The notes beneath the pieces are model-generated. The model was not told the DNA's origin, did no database searches, and was given only the letters and a program-made list of their open reading frames with translations. Both the position numbers and the translations under genes were made by a program. From positions 118,713 through 182,712 of the forward strand of contig CAVZSJ010000005.1 in NCBI GenBank assembly GCA_963777885.1: DNA of 64,000 bases, read 5' to 3'. Within the stretch, counting starts at the first letter, position 1, and each line of letters opens with the position of its first letter. Shown here one piece after another: positions 33,291 through 45,507 of the stretch. This stretch comes from an uncultured Actinomycetota bacterium. Its GTDB lineage: Bacteria > Actinomycetota > Actinomycetes > Mycobacteriales > Mycobacteriaceae.

Positions 33291-34211
33291 CTAGCGGATG
33301 GCCCCGACGATGTCACCCGACATGGCGCCCAGCTGCCCACTCCAAGACCCCCAGCCGTTGTCGCCGCCACCGGGGAAGTCGAAGTGGGCATTGTGCCCGC
33401 CGACGTTGCGATACTGCTGGTAGAACGTCAGGTTGGTGCCCTGCGCGATTTCCGACTGGCCGATCATGGCGGCGGGATCGCTGGCGCCCCCACTCTTCGG
33501 GCTCCACACCCAGATCCGGCTGTTGTTCTGGGCCAGCAGATCGGCATGCACCCACGGGTCATGCCACTTCCACCGGCCCAACTGTGCCGCGCCCCACATG
33601 GCCTGGGTGTTCGCCCCGCCGAATTGCTGCATGCCCGCGGTGATCGCGCCGTTCACCGAGGTGTCTGACGGGTACAGGAAGCCCGACAGCGAGCCGGCGA
33701 AACCGAACCGGTCGGGATGGAAGCACGCCAGCGCCAACGCGGCGTACCCGCCCTGGGCGGCGCCGACGACGCCGTGACCGCCCGGCGCCAGGCCACGGTT
33801 GGCTGCCAGCCAATCGGGCAGCTCACTGGACAGGAAGGTCTCCCACTGCTTGCTGCCGTCCTGTTCCCAGTTGGTGTACATGCTGTAGGCGCCACCGGCG
33901 GGCGCCGCGACCGAGATCCCCTTGCCGCCCAGCGTGTTCATCCCGTTGCCCGCGGTGACCCAGTTGCTGACGTCCGGGCCGGCGTCGAAGGCGTCGAGCA
34001 GGTACACAGCGTGCGGGCCGCCGGCCAGGAAGGCCACCGGGATGTCGCGCCCCATCGCCGCCGAGGGCACCATCAGGGTCTCGTAGCCCGCGGCGCGCGC
34101 CTGGGTAGCCCCCAGAACAACAGTCGTGACCGTGACGCCGCCTACCGCGATTGACAATGCGGCGGCGCAGAGCGCCCGCAGAACCGCCGACAGACCCTGT
34201 ACGCCCCTCAT
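33291..34211 (-). CDS. fbpD: MPT51/FbpD, non-catalytic antigen-85 family protein
   Basis: GAGGAGG RBS + ATG 34211; LMVPSAAMGRDIPVAF; GAAQGG (Ser replaced by Ala). Confidence 0.92.
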   Translation of the reverse strand: MRGVQGLSAVLRALCAAALSIAVGGVTVTTVVLGATQARAAGYETLMVPSAAMGRDIPVAFLAGGPHAVYLLDAFDAGPDVSNWVTAGNGMNTLGGKGISVAAPAGGAYSMYTNWEQDGSKQWETFLSSELPDWLAANRGLAPGGHGVVGAAQGGYAALALACFHPDRFGFAGSLSGFLYPSDTSVNGAITAGMQQFGGANTQAMWGAAQLGRWKWHDPWVHADLLAQNNSRIWVWSPKSGGASDPAAMIGQSEIAQGTNLTFYQQYRNVGGHNAHFDFPGGGDNGWGSWSGQLGAMSGDIVGAIR

Positions 34212-34380
34212 GGCTACCTCCCTCGTCGCTGGCTGGTTGAACACTATCCAGGCCACGGTGGTCACGGAAGCCCGGGTAGTGAACCGCGTCACATCTGGGT
34301 TTGCAAAGGGCCGCAAACGACTGACGGCGACGACCCGGATTGGGTCGTCGCCGCCAGTCGTGTTGTTTTCAGCCCGGCTG

Positions 34381-35472
<1,092 letters not shown>

Positions 35473-35761
35473 TTAACGCGTGTTTTGGGCTTAAATGGGT
35501 TTCCGACTGCACACGTCGGGCGCGGCAGTGCTCGTGTAGTCAATCACAAATCGGCTCGTGCTCTCTCATCGAGCAGGTCGCTGTGGCAATAGTTCCCCGC
35601 GGTTCTCGGACTAAACGCGGCCCGCAAAAGCGAGCTTTTCGCATGTGCCCGGGCATCGTTGCGCGCTGGTGAGCGCTCAATTGTGAGTTTGCTGGCAACT
35701 TTTGCCGACCGTGCGTACCAGATTGTCATTGTGATTTTTTCGGCGCCCATCCCAGAATCGC

Positions 35762-37642
35762 TCAATCGCGCGGCGCAGCGGGGGGTACGTCGGGCACCGG
35801 CAGCCCGCATCTGGCGAGCTCGTAGAGCGGAACGCGATCGATCCGGTAGCCGGTGAATTGAAACGAGTTCACGACGTTGGACAAGAACCGGTGCGCGGTC
35901 AGCGGAGCACGCACCGAGCTCAGCACCGACTTGGTCTCGGGGCATTGCAGGGCCGCCACCGCCTGAGCGATCCAGACCTGGTCCAGGTAGCCGGGAATAC
36001 CAGGTGGCCACTTCACCCAGGGGCCGTCGGCGATGACCCAGTCCGGGAAGAGGTTCTTGTCGTGCCCGATCCGGCCGTGCTTGAGCCGTTCGGTGTGTTG
36101 GGCGACGGGGTTCGCCAGCCCGATCTGATCGATCACCCTGACGTCCAGCCCGACGTTCATGCCCACCATGCCGAGGTTGGTGAAAAACACCGCATGCTGG
36201 GGCTTTTGGTCGGCCGGGGCTGCTCCAGGTTTCGGCGGAATCATCGGCACCAGGTCCCACTGGGTGTAGTTGCCGGACGGCAACAGCAGGGCCCCGTCGG
36301 GAGTGTTGTCGAGTGCGGTCAGGATGGCGGCCATCCTCGGGTAGTCCAGGTAGTCGGCGGCGGTCAGCGGATGTGCGTGCCCGGTGGCCTGGGCATAGAA
36401 GCGGCGCTCGTCGACGATCCCGGAGTAGGTGACGCGGGTGGCGTCGTCGCCCATGCCCGGTGAGTTCGCCGCCCACAACGACCACCCCGCGACGCCCAGC
36501 CAGAGCAGGCCGGCAGCGCCGGCCAGCCAGTAGCCGGTCTCCGGCGTATAACGCGGGTCCGTGCGGTCCGGGATCGGGATCGGTATGACGGCCACCGGAG
36601 CCAGTAAACAAAACAGTGGCGCCAGCAGCACCCGGCCGTGCATGAAGTCGCCGCCTTGGCGGATCCAATAGAACGCCTGCAGCAGCCCGCTGACCAGAAC
36701 AAAGGCCACCACGGCCGGCGGGCTTTGCACGGCCCGGGCCAGCCGGCCGTAGTTGGGGGATTCCATCGGGCGGACGAACGATGGCCGCCGGCGGACCACC
36801 ATCAACAACACGCCCAGCGGCACCAGCAGCAGTACCGGCAGCCACAGCGCATAGGGCTGATCGAAATTCGCCAGGTAGATCATGCCTTGCGACCACTTGT
36901 CGCCGGCGGCGTCCTTGGCCAGCGCGGTGCCGGGCACCAACAGGCCGTAATAGCCCATCCGAAAGATTTCGTAGCCAACCGGCAGAAGTCCCCCGGCGAC
37001 CACGATGAGCACGCGATTCCGCCAGGTCCGGGCCGCGATCAGCATCATGATCAGGGTCAGCCCGCCCATCAGGGCCAACTCGGGCCGGACCAAGACGGAG
37101 AACCCCGCCACGAAGGCCAGCGCAGCGAGGAAGAGCCGGTTGTCCGAACGGGTTCGTAACGGCTGCGACCAGCACACCAGCATCCACCAGAGCAAACCGA
37201 GATAAGCCAGCGCCAGCCCGCTCTCCAGACCGGACGTGGCGAAGTCACGCGAGGGTGGCAGCGCGATGTAAACCAGCGCCCCGGCGGGCAGCATGATCGC
37301 CCGGCGGCCCCGCAGGCTGGGTGCGTACAACCGGCCGGCCCCCAGCATCAGCAGCGCCACGCCCAGCAAGGACAGCATCAGCGCCAGCGTTAGCGCTACG
37401 TATTCCATCCGCAGCGGTCCGCCGATCCAGCTCCCGGCATACATCAGATACGTCCACGCTGTGGAGGTGTTTGCCTCCACCCGCTCGCCCTGGTTGAACA
37501 CCGGCCCGTTGCCGGCCAACAGATTCCGCACGGTCCGCAGCACGATCAGTCCGTCGTCGGCGATCCAGCGCCGTTGCCAGCTGCCCCAACAGAACAGCCC
37601 GACGACCACGAACACGCTCAGCCACAGGCTGATCCGGACCAC
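35762..37642 (-). CDS. aftB: Terminal arabinofuranosyltransferase AftB
   Basis: WQRRWIADDGLIVLRTVRN, GDFMHGR, HDKNLFPDW; start uncertain (37642 by orthology, or 37738). Confidence 0.93.
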   Translation of the reverse strand: MVRISLWLSVFVVVGLFCWGSWQRRWIADDGLIVLRTVRNLLAGNGPVFNQGERVEANTSTAWTYLMYAGSWIGGPLRMEYVALTLALMLSLLGVALLMLGAGRLYAPSLRGRRAIMLPAGALVYIALPPSRDFATSGLESGLALAYLGLLWWMLVCWSQPLRTRSDNRLFLAALAFVAGFSVLVRPELALMGGLTLIMMLIAARTWRNRVLIVVAGGLLPVGYEIFRMGYYGLLVPGTALAKDAAGDKWSQGMIYLANFDQPYALWLPVLLLVPLGVLLMVVRRRPSFVRPMESPNYGRLARAVQSPPAVVAFVLVSGLLQAFYWIRQGGDFMHGRVLLAPLFCLLAPVAVIPIPIPDRTDPRYTPETGYWLAGAAGLLWLGVAGWSLWAANSPGMGDDATRVTYSGIVDERRFYAQATGHAHPLTAADYLDYPRMAAILTALDNTPDGALLLPSGNYTQWDLVPMIPPKPGAAPADQKPQHAVFFTNLGMVGMNVGLDVRVIDQIGLANPVAQHTERLKHGRIGHDKNLFPDWVIADGPWVKWPPGIPGYLDQVWIAQAVAALQCPETKSVLSSVRAPLTAHRFLSNVVNSFQFTGYRIDRVPLYELARCGLPVPDVPPAAPRD

Positions 37643-37715
37643 CGGCTGGTACGGGAACACCGGCCGGGTGACCCGCGGCGCACGGCGGGCAGCCAACGCC
37701 GTCGCGAGTCGGGGG

Positions 37716-38654
37716 CTAGCCGAAGGCAACAGCGGCACCAACTGTTCCGATCCACGCCAAGACCAGCAGCTGGAACACTCGGTCGCGCAACGCGATCTCT
37801 TCGGGCTCCCCCGCCAGTCCGCCGTCGACGTCCACCGCGTAGCGCAGGATCGCGATGGTGAACGGCACCATGGACACCGAGAACCAGCCCGCCGAGCCGT
37901 GGTCACGCTCGAAGGCCCACAGCCCGTAGCACATCACCACCGCGGTGGCCGACAACGTCCAGACGAACCGCAGGTAGGTGCTGGTATAGCTTTCCAGCGC
38001 CTTGCGGATCGCCGCACCGGTGCGCTCGGCCAGTTGCAGCTCGGCGTAGCGCTTGCCGGCCACCATGAACAGCGATCCGAACGCCGCCATCAGCAGAAAC
38101 CACTGCGACAGCCGGGTATCGGTGGCCGCGCCCCCGGCAATGGCCCGGAGCAGATACGCCGACGACACAATGCAGATGTCCATCACCGCCTGGTGTTTCA
38201 GGCCGAAGCAGTAGCCCAACTGCATGGCGATGTAGACCGCCATCACCACCGTGAGATTTGGCGTCAGCCACCAGGCCAGGCCGAGCGACGCCGCGGCAAG
38301 CACGACCGCCAGGGCGTAGGCCAGCCATTCGGGCACCACCCCTGCGGCGATCGGGCGGAACCGCTTGGTGGGGTGTTCGCGGTCGGCCTCGACGTCGCGG
38401 ACGTCGTTGACCAGGTACACCGCGGAGGCCGCGAGGCTGAACACCACGAAGGCGACCGCGACCTGGAGCCCCAGTTGGCCGTAGTCGTAGCGGTGTCCAC
38501 GGCCCGCCGCGCTCAACGGCGCGGCCAGGACCAACACGTTTTTCATCCATTGCCGCGGGCGGACCGCCTTGACCACGCCGGTGATCAAATTCGCCGGGGG
38601 CCCGATCATTAAGGCTTCTTTTTTGGCTTCACCGACTTGACCGTGTTCACTCAT
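37716..38654 (-). CDS. ubiA: Decaprenyl-phosphate phosphoribosyltransferase
   Basis: RPRQWMKN, NDVRDVEADREHPTKRFRPIAAG. Confidence 0.95.
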   Translation of the reverse strand: MSEHGQVGEAKKEALMIGPPANLITGVVKAVRPRQWMKNVLVLAAPLSAAGRGHRYDYGQLGLQVAVAFVVFSLAASAVYLVNDVRDVEADREHPTKRFRPIAAGVVPEWLAYALAVVLAAASLGLAWWLTPNLTVVMAVYIAMQLGYCFGLKHQAVMDICIVSSAYLLRAIAGGAATDTRLSQWFLLMAAFGSLFMVAGKRYAELQLAERTGAAIRKALESYTSTYLRFVWTLSATAVVMCYGLWAFERDHGSAGWFSVSMVPFTIAILRYAVDVDGGLAGEPEEIALRDRVFQLLVLAWIGTVGAAVAFG

Positions 38655-39184
38655 CTACGCAACATCTCCCGCATTTGGACGGCGATCCCCGCGACGGCGG
38701 CGCCAAGACCGATACCGAAAGCCACGTCGCTGGGATAGTGCACCCCCAGCAGTATCCGCGAAAGTGCCATCGGCGGGACGAGCAACACGGGTAGCGGCAA
38801 CCCGGTGGCGCGCCCCAGCAAGACGGCCGCGGCCGTGGTGGAGGTGGCATGCGCCGACGGGAAGCTCAACTGGCTGGGTGTGCCGACGTTGACCGCGACG
38901 GCCGGATGGTGCGGCCGTTTGCGCCGTACCACCCGCTTGACCAGCACGGCGGCGGCATGCGCGGCGAACGCGCCGGCCCCTGCCATCAGCCAGTCCTCCC
39001 GGCGGCGCGGCGCCAGGAGCGCACCTAGTGCCGACACCGCGACCCAGCCGATGCTGTGCTCCCCGAAGTGAGACAGCCCGCGCGCCACGGTCAGCAGACC
39101 CGGGCGGTCGGCCAGCGCCGACTGGACGGCAACCAGCGCGGCCACCTCGCCGCGCGGCGGCGCCGGAGGAGAGGCGTCAGGCAT
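38651..39184 (-). CDS. PAP2 phosphatase (Rv3807c ortholog)
   Basis: KRVVRRKRP, SFPSAHAT, SRILLGVHYPSDV. Confidence 0.92.
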   Translation of the reverse strand: MPDASPPAPPRGEVAALVAVQSALADRPGLLTVARGLSHFGEHSIGWVAVSALGALLAPRRREDWLMAGAGAFAAHAAAVLVKRVVRRKRPHHPAVAVNVGTPSQLSFPSAHATSTTAAAVLLGRATGLPLPVLLVPPMALSRILLGVHYPSDVAFGIGLGAAVAGIAVQMREMLRR

Positions 39185-41084
39185 GTTGGGGCTTGCTGTC
39201 CGCTGATTGCAGCAACACCGTCTCCCACTTCTGCTTGCTGGACAGCACGGGCAGCGCATCCCGGTACGCCCTGCGCATCTCGTCGAAGCGACTGGCCAGC
39301 AGACGCTGCCGGCGCAGCGACTTGAGCAGCAGCGAGAGCATCTTGCGCCGATCGCGCTGGCGGTAGACGACGCCGCACCCGTCGGCGGTGGTGACGGTGA
39401 CCCCGTCGACCGTGCACAGCCGGAACCAGCGCGCGTCTTGCGTCGGCACGTTGAACTCGGGGCGCTCGTGGGATTGGGGATCTGCCTGGGTGAGGTTGTG
39501 CAGGATGCCGCGAGCCAGCCGGTAGCTGATGGACAGCGGGTTGACCGGCGGCTTCATCGCCTTGCTTTGCTGAGACGGTGCCGGCAGTTCGCTGGCCGCC
39601 GGCAGGACGACGGCGTCGGGGAATTCCTTGCGCAGCCGATGCACTTCGGGCAGGGCCGATTCCAGAATCGAAAAGATGTGTTCGGGTCCGGCGAGGAAGT
39701 CGTCAATGGCCCGGTTCTGGATCGCCACCGTCGAATATTCAAGGCAGGCCAGGTGTTTCAGCGTTGCCTTGAAATGGCTGCGGATCAGGCCGGAAACCTG
39801 CCTTTTTGGGCCGTCCCAGTGCAGCGCGGCGACCACCAACCGGTTGCGCAGGTGGAAGTAGGCCTGCCAGTCGATCGCGTCGTCTTTGTCGCTCCAGGCC
39901 ATGTGCCAGATCGCGGCACCGGGCAGCGTGACCGTCGGGTAGCCGTGCTCGCCGGCCCGCAGGCCGTATTCGGCGTCGTCCCATTTGATGAACAGCGGCA
40001 GCGGCTGTCCCATCTCCTCGGCGACTTGGCGCGGGATCATGCACGTCCACCAACCGTTGAAGTCGACGTCGATGCGTCGGTGCAGCAGCGCGCTCCGTTC
40101 GTTGTTGTCGCTCAACGGGTATTCGGCGAAGTCGTGATCGTACTCGGCGTGCGGCGCGGCGGTCCACATGAAGTCCGACTGGTCGACGACCTCGCCCATG
40201 ATGTGCAGGTGCGACGGCTCTTGCAGGTTGAGCATCTGACCGCCGATCAGCATCGGCGTCTTGGCGAATCGGTTCATCGCCAGCACCCGCAGAATAGAGT
40301 CCGGCTCGATGCGGATATCGTCGTCCATGAACAGAATCTGTTGGCAGTCGGTGTTTTTCAGCGCCTCATACATCACCCGGCTGTAACCACCGGAACCGCC
40401 CAGGTTGGGCTGGTCGTGGATGGAGAGCCGAGAACCCAGGCCCGCGGCCGCTGCCGGAAAGTCTGGATGATCGCGCACTTTGCGCACGCCCTGATCCGGG
40501 ACAATGACTGCGCCGATGACCTTGTCCACCAACGGATCCGCGGTCAGATCGGCCAGCGCATTGACACAGTCAGCAGGGCGGTTGAACGTCGGGATACCGA
40601 CCGCGATGTTGGCCGTACCCGGCGCGGGTTCGGTCGCATACCAACCGCCGCTGACCAATGTGACCTTGGTGTCGGTGGTGATGTCGAACCAGATCCAACC
40701 GCCGTCCTCGAACGACTTGAGCGGCACCTCCAACTCGACGACGGTTGGCTGGTCGTCGGTGCCGACGAATTGGCGGCCCTCCGCAGAGATCCGAACCCCG
40801 GTGGCCTTGGTCCGATACAGGTCGACACGACCGGTTCCGGTCAGCTCGACCCGCAACACGACCGATTGGCAGATCGACCAGCGGCGCCAGTAGCTCGCCG
40901 GGAAGGCGTTGAAGTACGTCGCGAAGGAGACCTCGGACTCCGCACCGATCTGCAGGGAGGTGCGCGTCGTCGCATGCGCACGCCGGGCGTTGGTGGTCGA
41001 TTCCTCCAGGTAAAGCTTGCGTACGTCGAGCGGCTCACCCGGACGCGGCAGGATAATTCGAGACAGCAGGCTTACGGCGGTCAT
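39177..41084 (-). CDS. glfT2: Galactofuranosyltransferase GlfT2
   Basis: PTFNRP, NLGGSGG, FMDDD, FIKWDDAEY, WQAYFHLRN; start 41084. Confidence 0.95.
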   Translation of the reverse strand: MTAVSLLSRIILPRPGEPLDVRKLYLEESTTNARRAHATTRTSLQIGAESEVSFATYFNAFPASYWRRWSICQSVVLRVELTGTGRVDLYRTKATGVRISAEGRQFVGTDDQPTVVELEVPLKSFEDGGWIWFDITTDTKVTLVSGGWYATEPAPGTANIAVGIPTFNRPADCVNALADLTADPLVDKVIGAVIVPDQGVRKVRDHPDFPAAAAGLGSRLSIHDQPNLGGSGGYSRVMYEALKNTDCQQILFMDDDIRIEPDSILRVLAMNRFAKTPMLIGGQMLNLQEPSHLHIMGEVVDQSDFMWTAAPHAEYDHDFAEYPLSDNNERSALLHRRIDVDFNGWWTCMIPRQVAEEMGQPLPLFIKWDDAEYGLRAGEHGYPTVTLPGAAIWHMAWSDKDDAIDWQAYFHLRNRLVVAALHWDGPKRQVSGLIRSHFKATLKHLACLEYSTVAIQNRAIDDFLAGPEHIFSILESALPEVHRLRKEFPDAVVLPAASELPAPSQQSKAMKPPVNPLSISYRLARGILHNLTQADPQSHERPEFNVPTQDARWFRLCTVDGVTVTTADGCGVVYRQRDRRKMLSLLLKSLRRQRLLASRFDEMRRAYRDALPVLSSKQKWETVLLQSADSKPQHA

Positions 41085-41085
41085 G

Positions 41086-42291
<1,206 letters not shown>

Positions 42292-42562
42292 TTATCCGAC
42301 CGCGGGGAAATAACCCCATTTCGCGACGTGACGGGGCCGGAATGCGAGCAGGGTTCGGTCGGATTTCGGACACGTGGGGCTGCCGTGCCGTGTGTTGCGG
42401 TCAGAGTACCGATTGCCTCACGATTCGATATCGTCACTCTAGTCACACCAATCCCACTCGTACCATCAATGGCGTGGGGTTCAGGTCTGCACCGAAGGCT
42501 TGAGTGCAGAGATGGCCCCACAAACGAGATAGCCCGAATGGGCCCAATTGGAGGAGACTTCC

Positions 42563-43723
42563 GTGCCGAACCGACGCCGACGCAAGCTCTCGACAGCCAT
42601 GAGCGCGGTCGCCGCCCTGGCAGTCGCGAGTCCGTGCGCATACTTCCTGGTCTATGAATCGACCGAAAGCCCCAAACCGCCGCAACACCACGAGTTCAAA
42701 CAGGCAGCGGTCGTCACCGACCTGCCCGGCGAGCTCATGGGCGCGCTGACCCAGGGACTGTCGCAGTTTGGGATCAACCTGCCGCCAGTCCCTGCGCTGA
42801 GCGGCACGAGCGCCACGGGCGCCGGGGCGACAAGTCCGGGCCTGGGCCTGGGTAGCCCGAGCCTCGGCACCAGCGGCCTGGGCACCGGTGGCCTGGGCAC
42901 CTCGGGCTTGACAGGTACCGGGCTGACCAGCCCCGGACTGACAAGTCCCGGGCTCGGCACGGGCCTGACGACGGGGGCCGCGACACCTGGGCTGACCACG
43001 CCCAGCACCGCGCTGACGCCGACGTTGCCGACGACCCCGGGCGCGGCTGCTGCTACCACCCCGAACCCCGCCCTCACCAGTCCGGCCGGTGTGGCACCCG
43101 GTATGGGCAGCCCGATCGCGGCTCCCAGCGAGGTGCCGATCTCGGACCCGGGCGCCGACGGCACCTACCCGATCCTGGGTGACCCCTCCGGCCTTGGCGG
43201 TGGCGGGCTGGGTGCCAGCCCGGCTGCCGGCGGCGGCGGCGGTGGTGGCGGTGGCGGTGGGCTCATCAACGACTTGATGCAAGCCGCCAACAGCTTGGGT
43301 GCCGGTCAGGCTATCGACCTGCTCAAGGGCCTGGTGATGCCGGCGATCATGCAGCAAGTCCACGGCGGTGCCGGCGCGGCGGCTGCCGCGCCGGGTGCCG
43401 CGCTCCCGGGTGCGGCGGGCCTGCCGGGGGCGGCTGCCCTGCCGGGTGCCGCGCTCCCGGGTGCGGCGGGTATTCCGGCCACCGCGACCGGCGCGACGCA
43501 CGGTACCGCCGCCCTGCCGACGGGCGCGGCGCACGGTGCCGCGGCGCTGCCGACGGGCGCGGCTCCGGCGACAGCAGGGGCTGCGGGAGCGCTGCCGACC
43601 GCAGCGGGTGCCGCGGCGGCTCCGGCTGCGACGGTTCCGGGTGCGGCGGCTGCCGCGACGGTTCCGGGTGTGGCAGCTCCGGCCGCGGCGGCGCCGGCGG
43701 CCCCGCTGACCCCGCCCATGTAG
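42563..43723 (+). CDS. erp: Exported repetitive protein Erp/PirG
   Basis: GGAGGAG RBS + GTG; MPNRRRRKLSTAMSAVAALAVASP; PGLTS-type repeats; EVPI..GTYPILGDP; GAGQAIDLLKG. Confidence 0.92.
   Translation: MPNRRRRKLSTAMSAVAALAVASPCAYFLVYESTESPKPPQHHEFKQAAVVTDLPGELMGALTQGLSQFGINLPPVPALSGTSATGAGATSPGLGLGSPSLGTSGLGTGGLGTSGLTGTGLTSPGLTSPGLGTGLTTGAATPGLTTPSTALTPTLPTTPGAAAATTPNPALTSPAGVAPGMGSPIAAPSEVPISDPGADGTYPILGDPSGLGGGGLGASPAAGGGGGGGGGGGLINDLMQAANSLGAGQAIDLLKGLVMPAIMQQVHGGAGAAAAAPGAALPGAAGLPGAAALPGAALPGAAGIPATATGATHGTAALPTGAAHGAAALPTGAAPATAGAAGALPTAAGAAAAPAATVPGAAAAATVPGVAAPAAAAPAAPLTPPM
43390..43470 (+). repeat. 30-bp perfect direct repeat in erp 3' region
   Basis: GCCGGGTGCCGCGCTCCCGGGTGCGGCGGG at 43390-43419 and 43441-43470. 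Confidence 0.85.
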
Positions 43724-43754
43724 AACCCAGTAAAACCTTCAACACCTGTTACCT

Positions 43755-43790
43755 GACGGCACCGCAGAGTCACATCTCTGCGGTGCCGTC
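43755..43790 (+). terminator. Intrinsic terminator-like hairpin after erp
   Basis: Perfect 15-bp stem GACGGCACCGCAGAG/CTCTGCGGTGCCGTC, 6-nt loop. Confidence 0.8.
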
Positions 43791-43874
43791 GAACGTTCGT
43801 TCGTGGGGTTTTTCCAGACTCATATACCGTGTCGCCTCATAAATAACAATAGAAACACCCGTAACATCGGCGTT

Positions 43875-45488
43875 ATGGTGTCCCGCAGGCGTGCGCCGAC
43901 GATGTTGCTCACCGCTTTCGCGGCTGCCGTCGTCGTTGTGTCGTGGATCGTGGACCCGACACCCGAAAGCGGCCCAGCCGCTCCGGCCGGCGACACCCAG
44001 CTAGCCGAGCACCCGCTGGTCGGGCTCGGCGGCGGCGTGACGGTTCGCGAGGTTACCCAGGGCGCACCGTTTTCGTTGGTCGCGCTCACCGGCGACCTGG
44101 CCGGCACCGCCACGCGCGTGCGGGCGAAGCACGTCGACGGTTCCTGGGGACCCTGGTACCAGACCGACTTCGAAACCGGTGGGGCAACCGGTGGGGCCGA
44201 AGCGGCGGGACCCCGCAGCACCGACCCGGTGTTCGTCGGCACCACCACGTCCGTGCAGATCGCGGTCACCCGCCCGATCGATGCGCAGGTGACGCAGGCG
44301 CCGGCAGAGTCACCGCCGAACCTCGGATACAAACCGGCCACCAAGGAACAGCCCTTCGGGCAGAACATCTCCGCGATACTCATCTCCCCGCCGCAGGCGC
44401 CGGCCCGACCGCATTGGACGCCCCCGGAGGGAGTGCTGATGCCCGGCCAGGCACCCGCCATCATCAGCCGGGCGGATTGGGGCGCCGACGAGTCGCTGCG
44501 CTGCGGTACGCCAAAGTACGACAACGGGATTCGCGCCGCGGTAATTCACCACACCGCGGGCAGCAATGACTATTCACCCCTGGAATCGGCCGGCATCGTC
44601 AAGGCCATCTACACGTACCACGCCAAGACGCTGGGCTGGTGCGACATCGCGTACAACGCGTTGGTCGACAAATACGGCCAGGCATTCGAGGGCAGCGCGG
44701 GCGGTCTCACCAAACCCGTCGAGGCCTTCCACACCGGTGGGTTCAACCGCAACACCTGGGGTGTGGCGATGATCGGCAACTTCGACGATGTGGCGCCGAG
44801 CCCGCTTCAGGTGCGTACCGTGGGCCGGCTGCTCGGCTGGCGCCTGGGCATGGACAACGTCGACCCCAAGGGCACGGTGGCACTGGAATCGGCCGGTAGC
44901 CACTACACCACCTTCCCGGCCGGCGCCATTGCGACGTTGCCGACCATCTTCACCCACCGCGACGTCGGCAACACCGACTGCCCGGGCAACGCCGCCTACG
45001 CGTTGATGTACGAGATCCGCGACATCGCCTCACATTTCAACGATCCACCCGAGGAACTGATCAAGGCACTCGAAGGTGGCGCGATCTACCAGCACTGGCA
45101 GGAGATCGGCGGCACCAACAGCTTCCTGGGTGCACCGACCTCACCCGAGGACGACGCCGAGGGCGGGGCCCGCTACGCCACGTTCGTCAGGGGCGCGATG
45201 TACTGGTCGCCGGCCACCGGCCCCCAACCCGTGACGGGCGCGATCTACGACGCCTGGGCCTCGCTGAGCTACGAACGCGGTGTGCTCGGATTGCCGACCA
45301 GCGCGGAGATCCAAGAGCCACTGCAGATCACGCAGAACTTCGCGCACGGAACGTTGAACTTCGAGCGGTTGACCGGCAACGTCACCGCGGTCGTCGACGG
45401 AATCACCACGCCGGTCTCGACGCAAACCGCGAGCACACCAGAGGTCCCAGCCGAACACTTCTCGCCACCGGCCCACCCGGCCATCTAG
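43875..45488 (+). CDS. PGRP-like N-acetylmuramoyl-L-alanine amidase with LGFP repeat (Rv3811 ortholog)
   Basis: VIHHTAG, WCDIAYN, THRDVGNTDCPG, LGAPTSPE, LGLPTS. Confidence 0.9.
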   Translation: MVSRRRAPTMLLTAFAAAVVVVSWIVDPTPESGPAAPAGDTQLAEHPLVGLGGGVTVREVTQGAPFSLVALTGDLAGTATRVRAKHVDGSWGPWYQTDFETGGATGGAEAAGPRSTDPVFVGTTTSVQIAVTRPIDAQVTQAPAESPPNLGYKPATKEQPFGQNISAILISPPQAPARPHWTPPEGVLMPGQAPAIISRADWGADESLRCGTPKYDNGIRAAVIHHTAGSNDYSPLESAGIVKAIYTYHAKTLGWCDIAYNALVDKYGQAFEGSAGGLTKPVEAFHTGGFNRNTWGVAMIGNFDDVAPSPLQVRTVGRLLGWRLGMDNVDPKGTVALESAGSHYTTFPAGAIATLPTIFTHRDVGNTDCPGNAAYALMYEIRDIASHFNDPPEELIKALEGGAIYQHWQEIGGTNSFLGAPTSPEDDAEGGARYATFVRGAMYWSPATGPQPVTGAIYDAWASLSYERGVLGLPTSAEIQEPLQITQNFAHGTLNFERLTGNVTAVVDGITTPVSTQTASTPEVPAEHFSPPAHPAI

Positions 45489-45494
45489 CTCCAC

Positions 45495-45500
45495 TAGTCT
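45495..45500 (+). promoter_or_regulatory. Candidate -10 box for a leaderless decarboxylase-synthase transcript
   Basis: TAGTCT (TANNNT) 7 nt before GTG 45508; no SD sequence present. Confidence 0.45.
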
Positions 45501-45507
45501 GCGACGT

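Noticed and set aside
33700..33780. Missing catalytic Ser in the Ag85-like gene
   Set aside because: Known normal feature of MPT51/FbpD.
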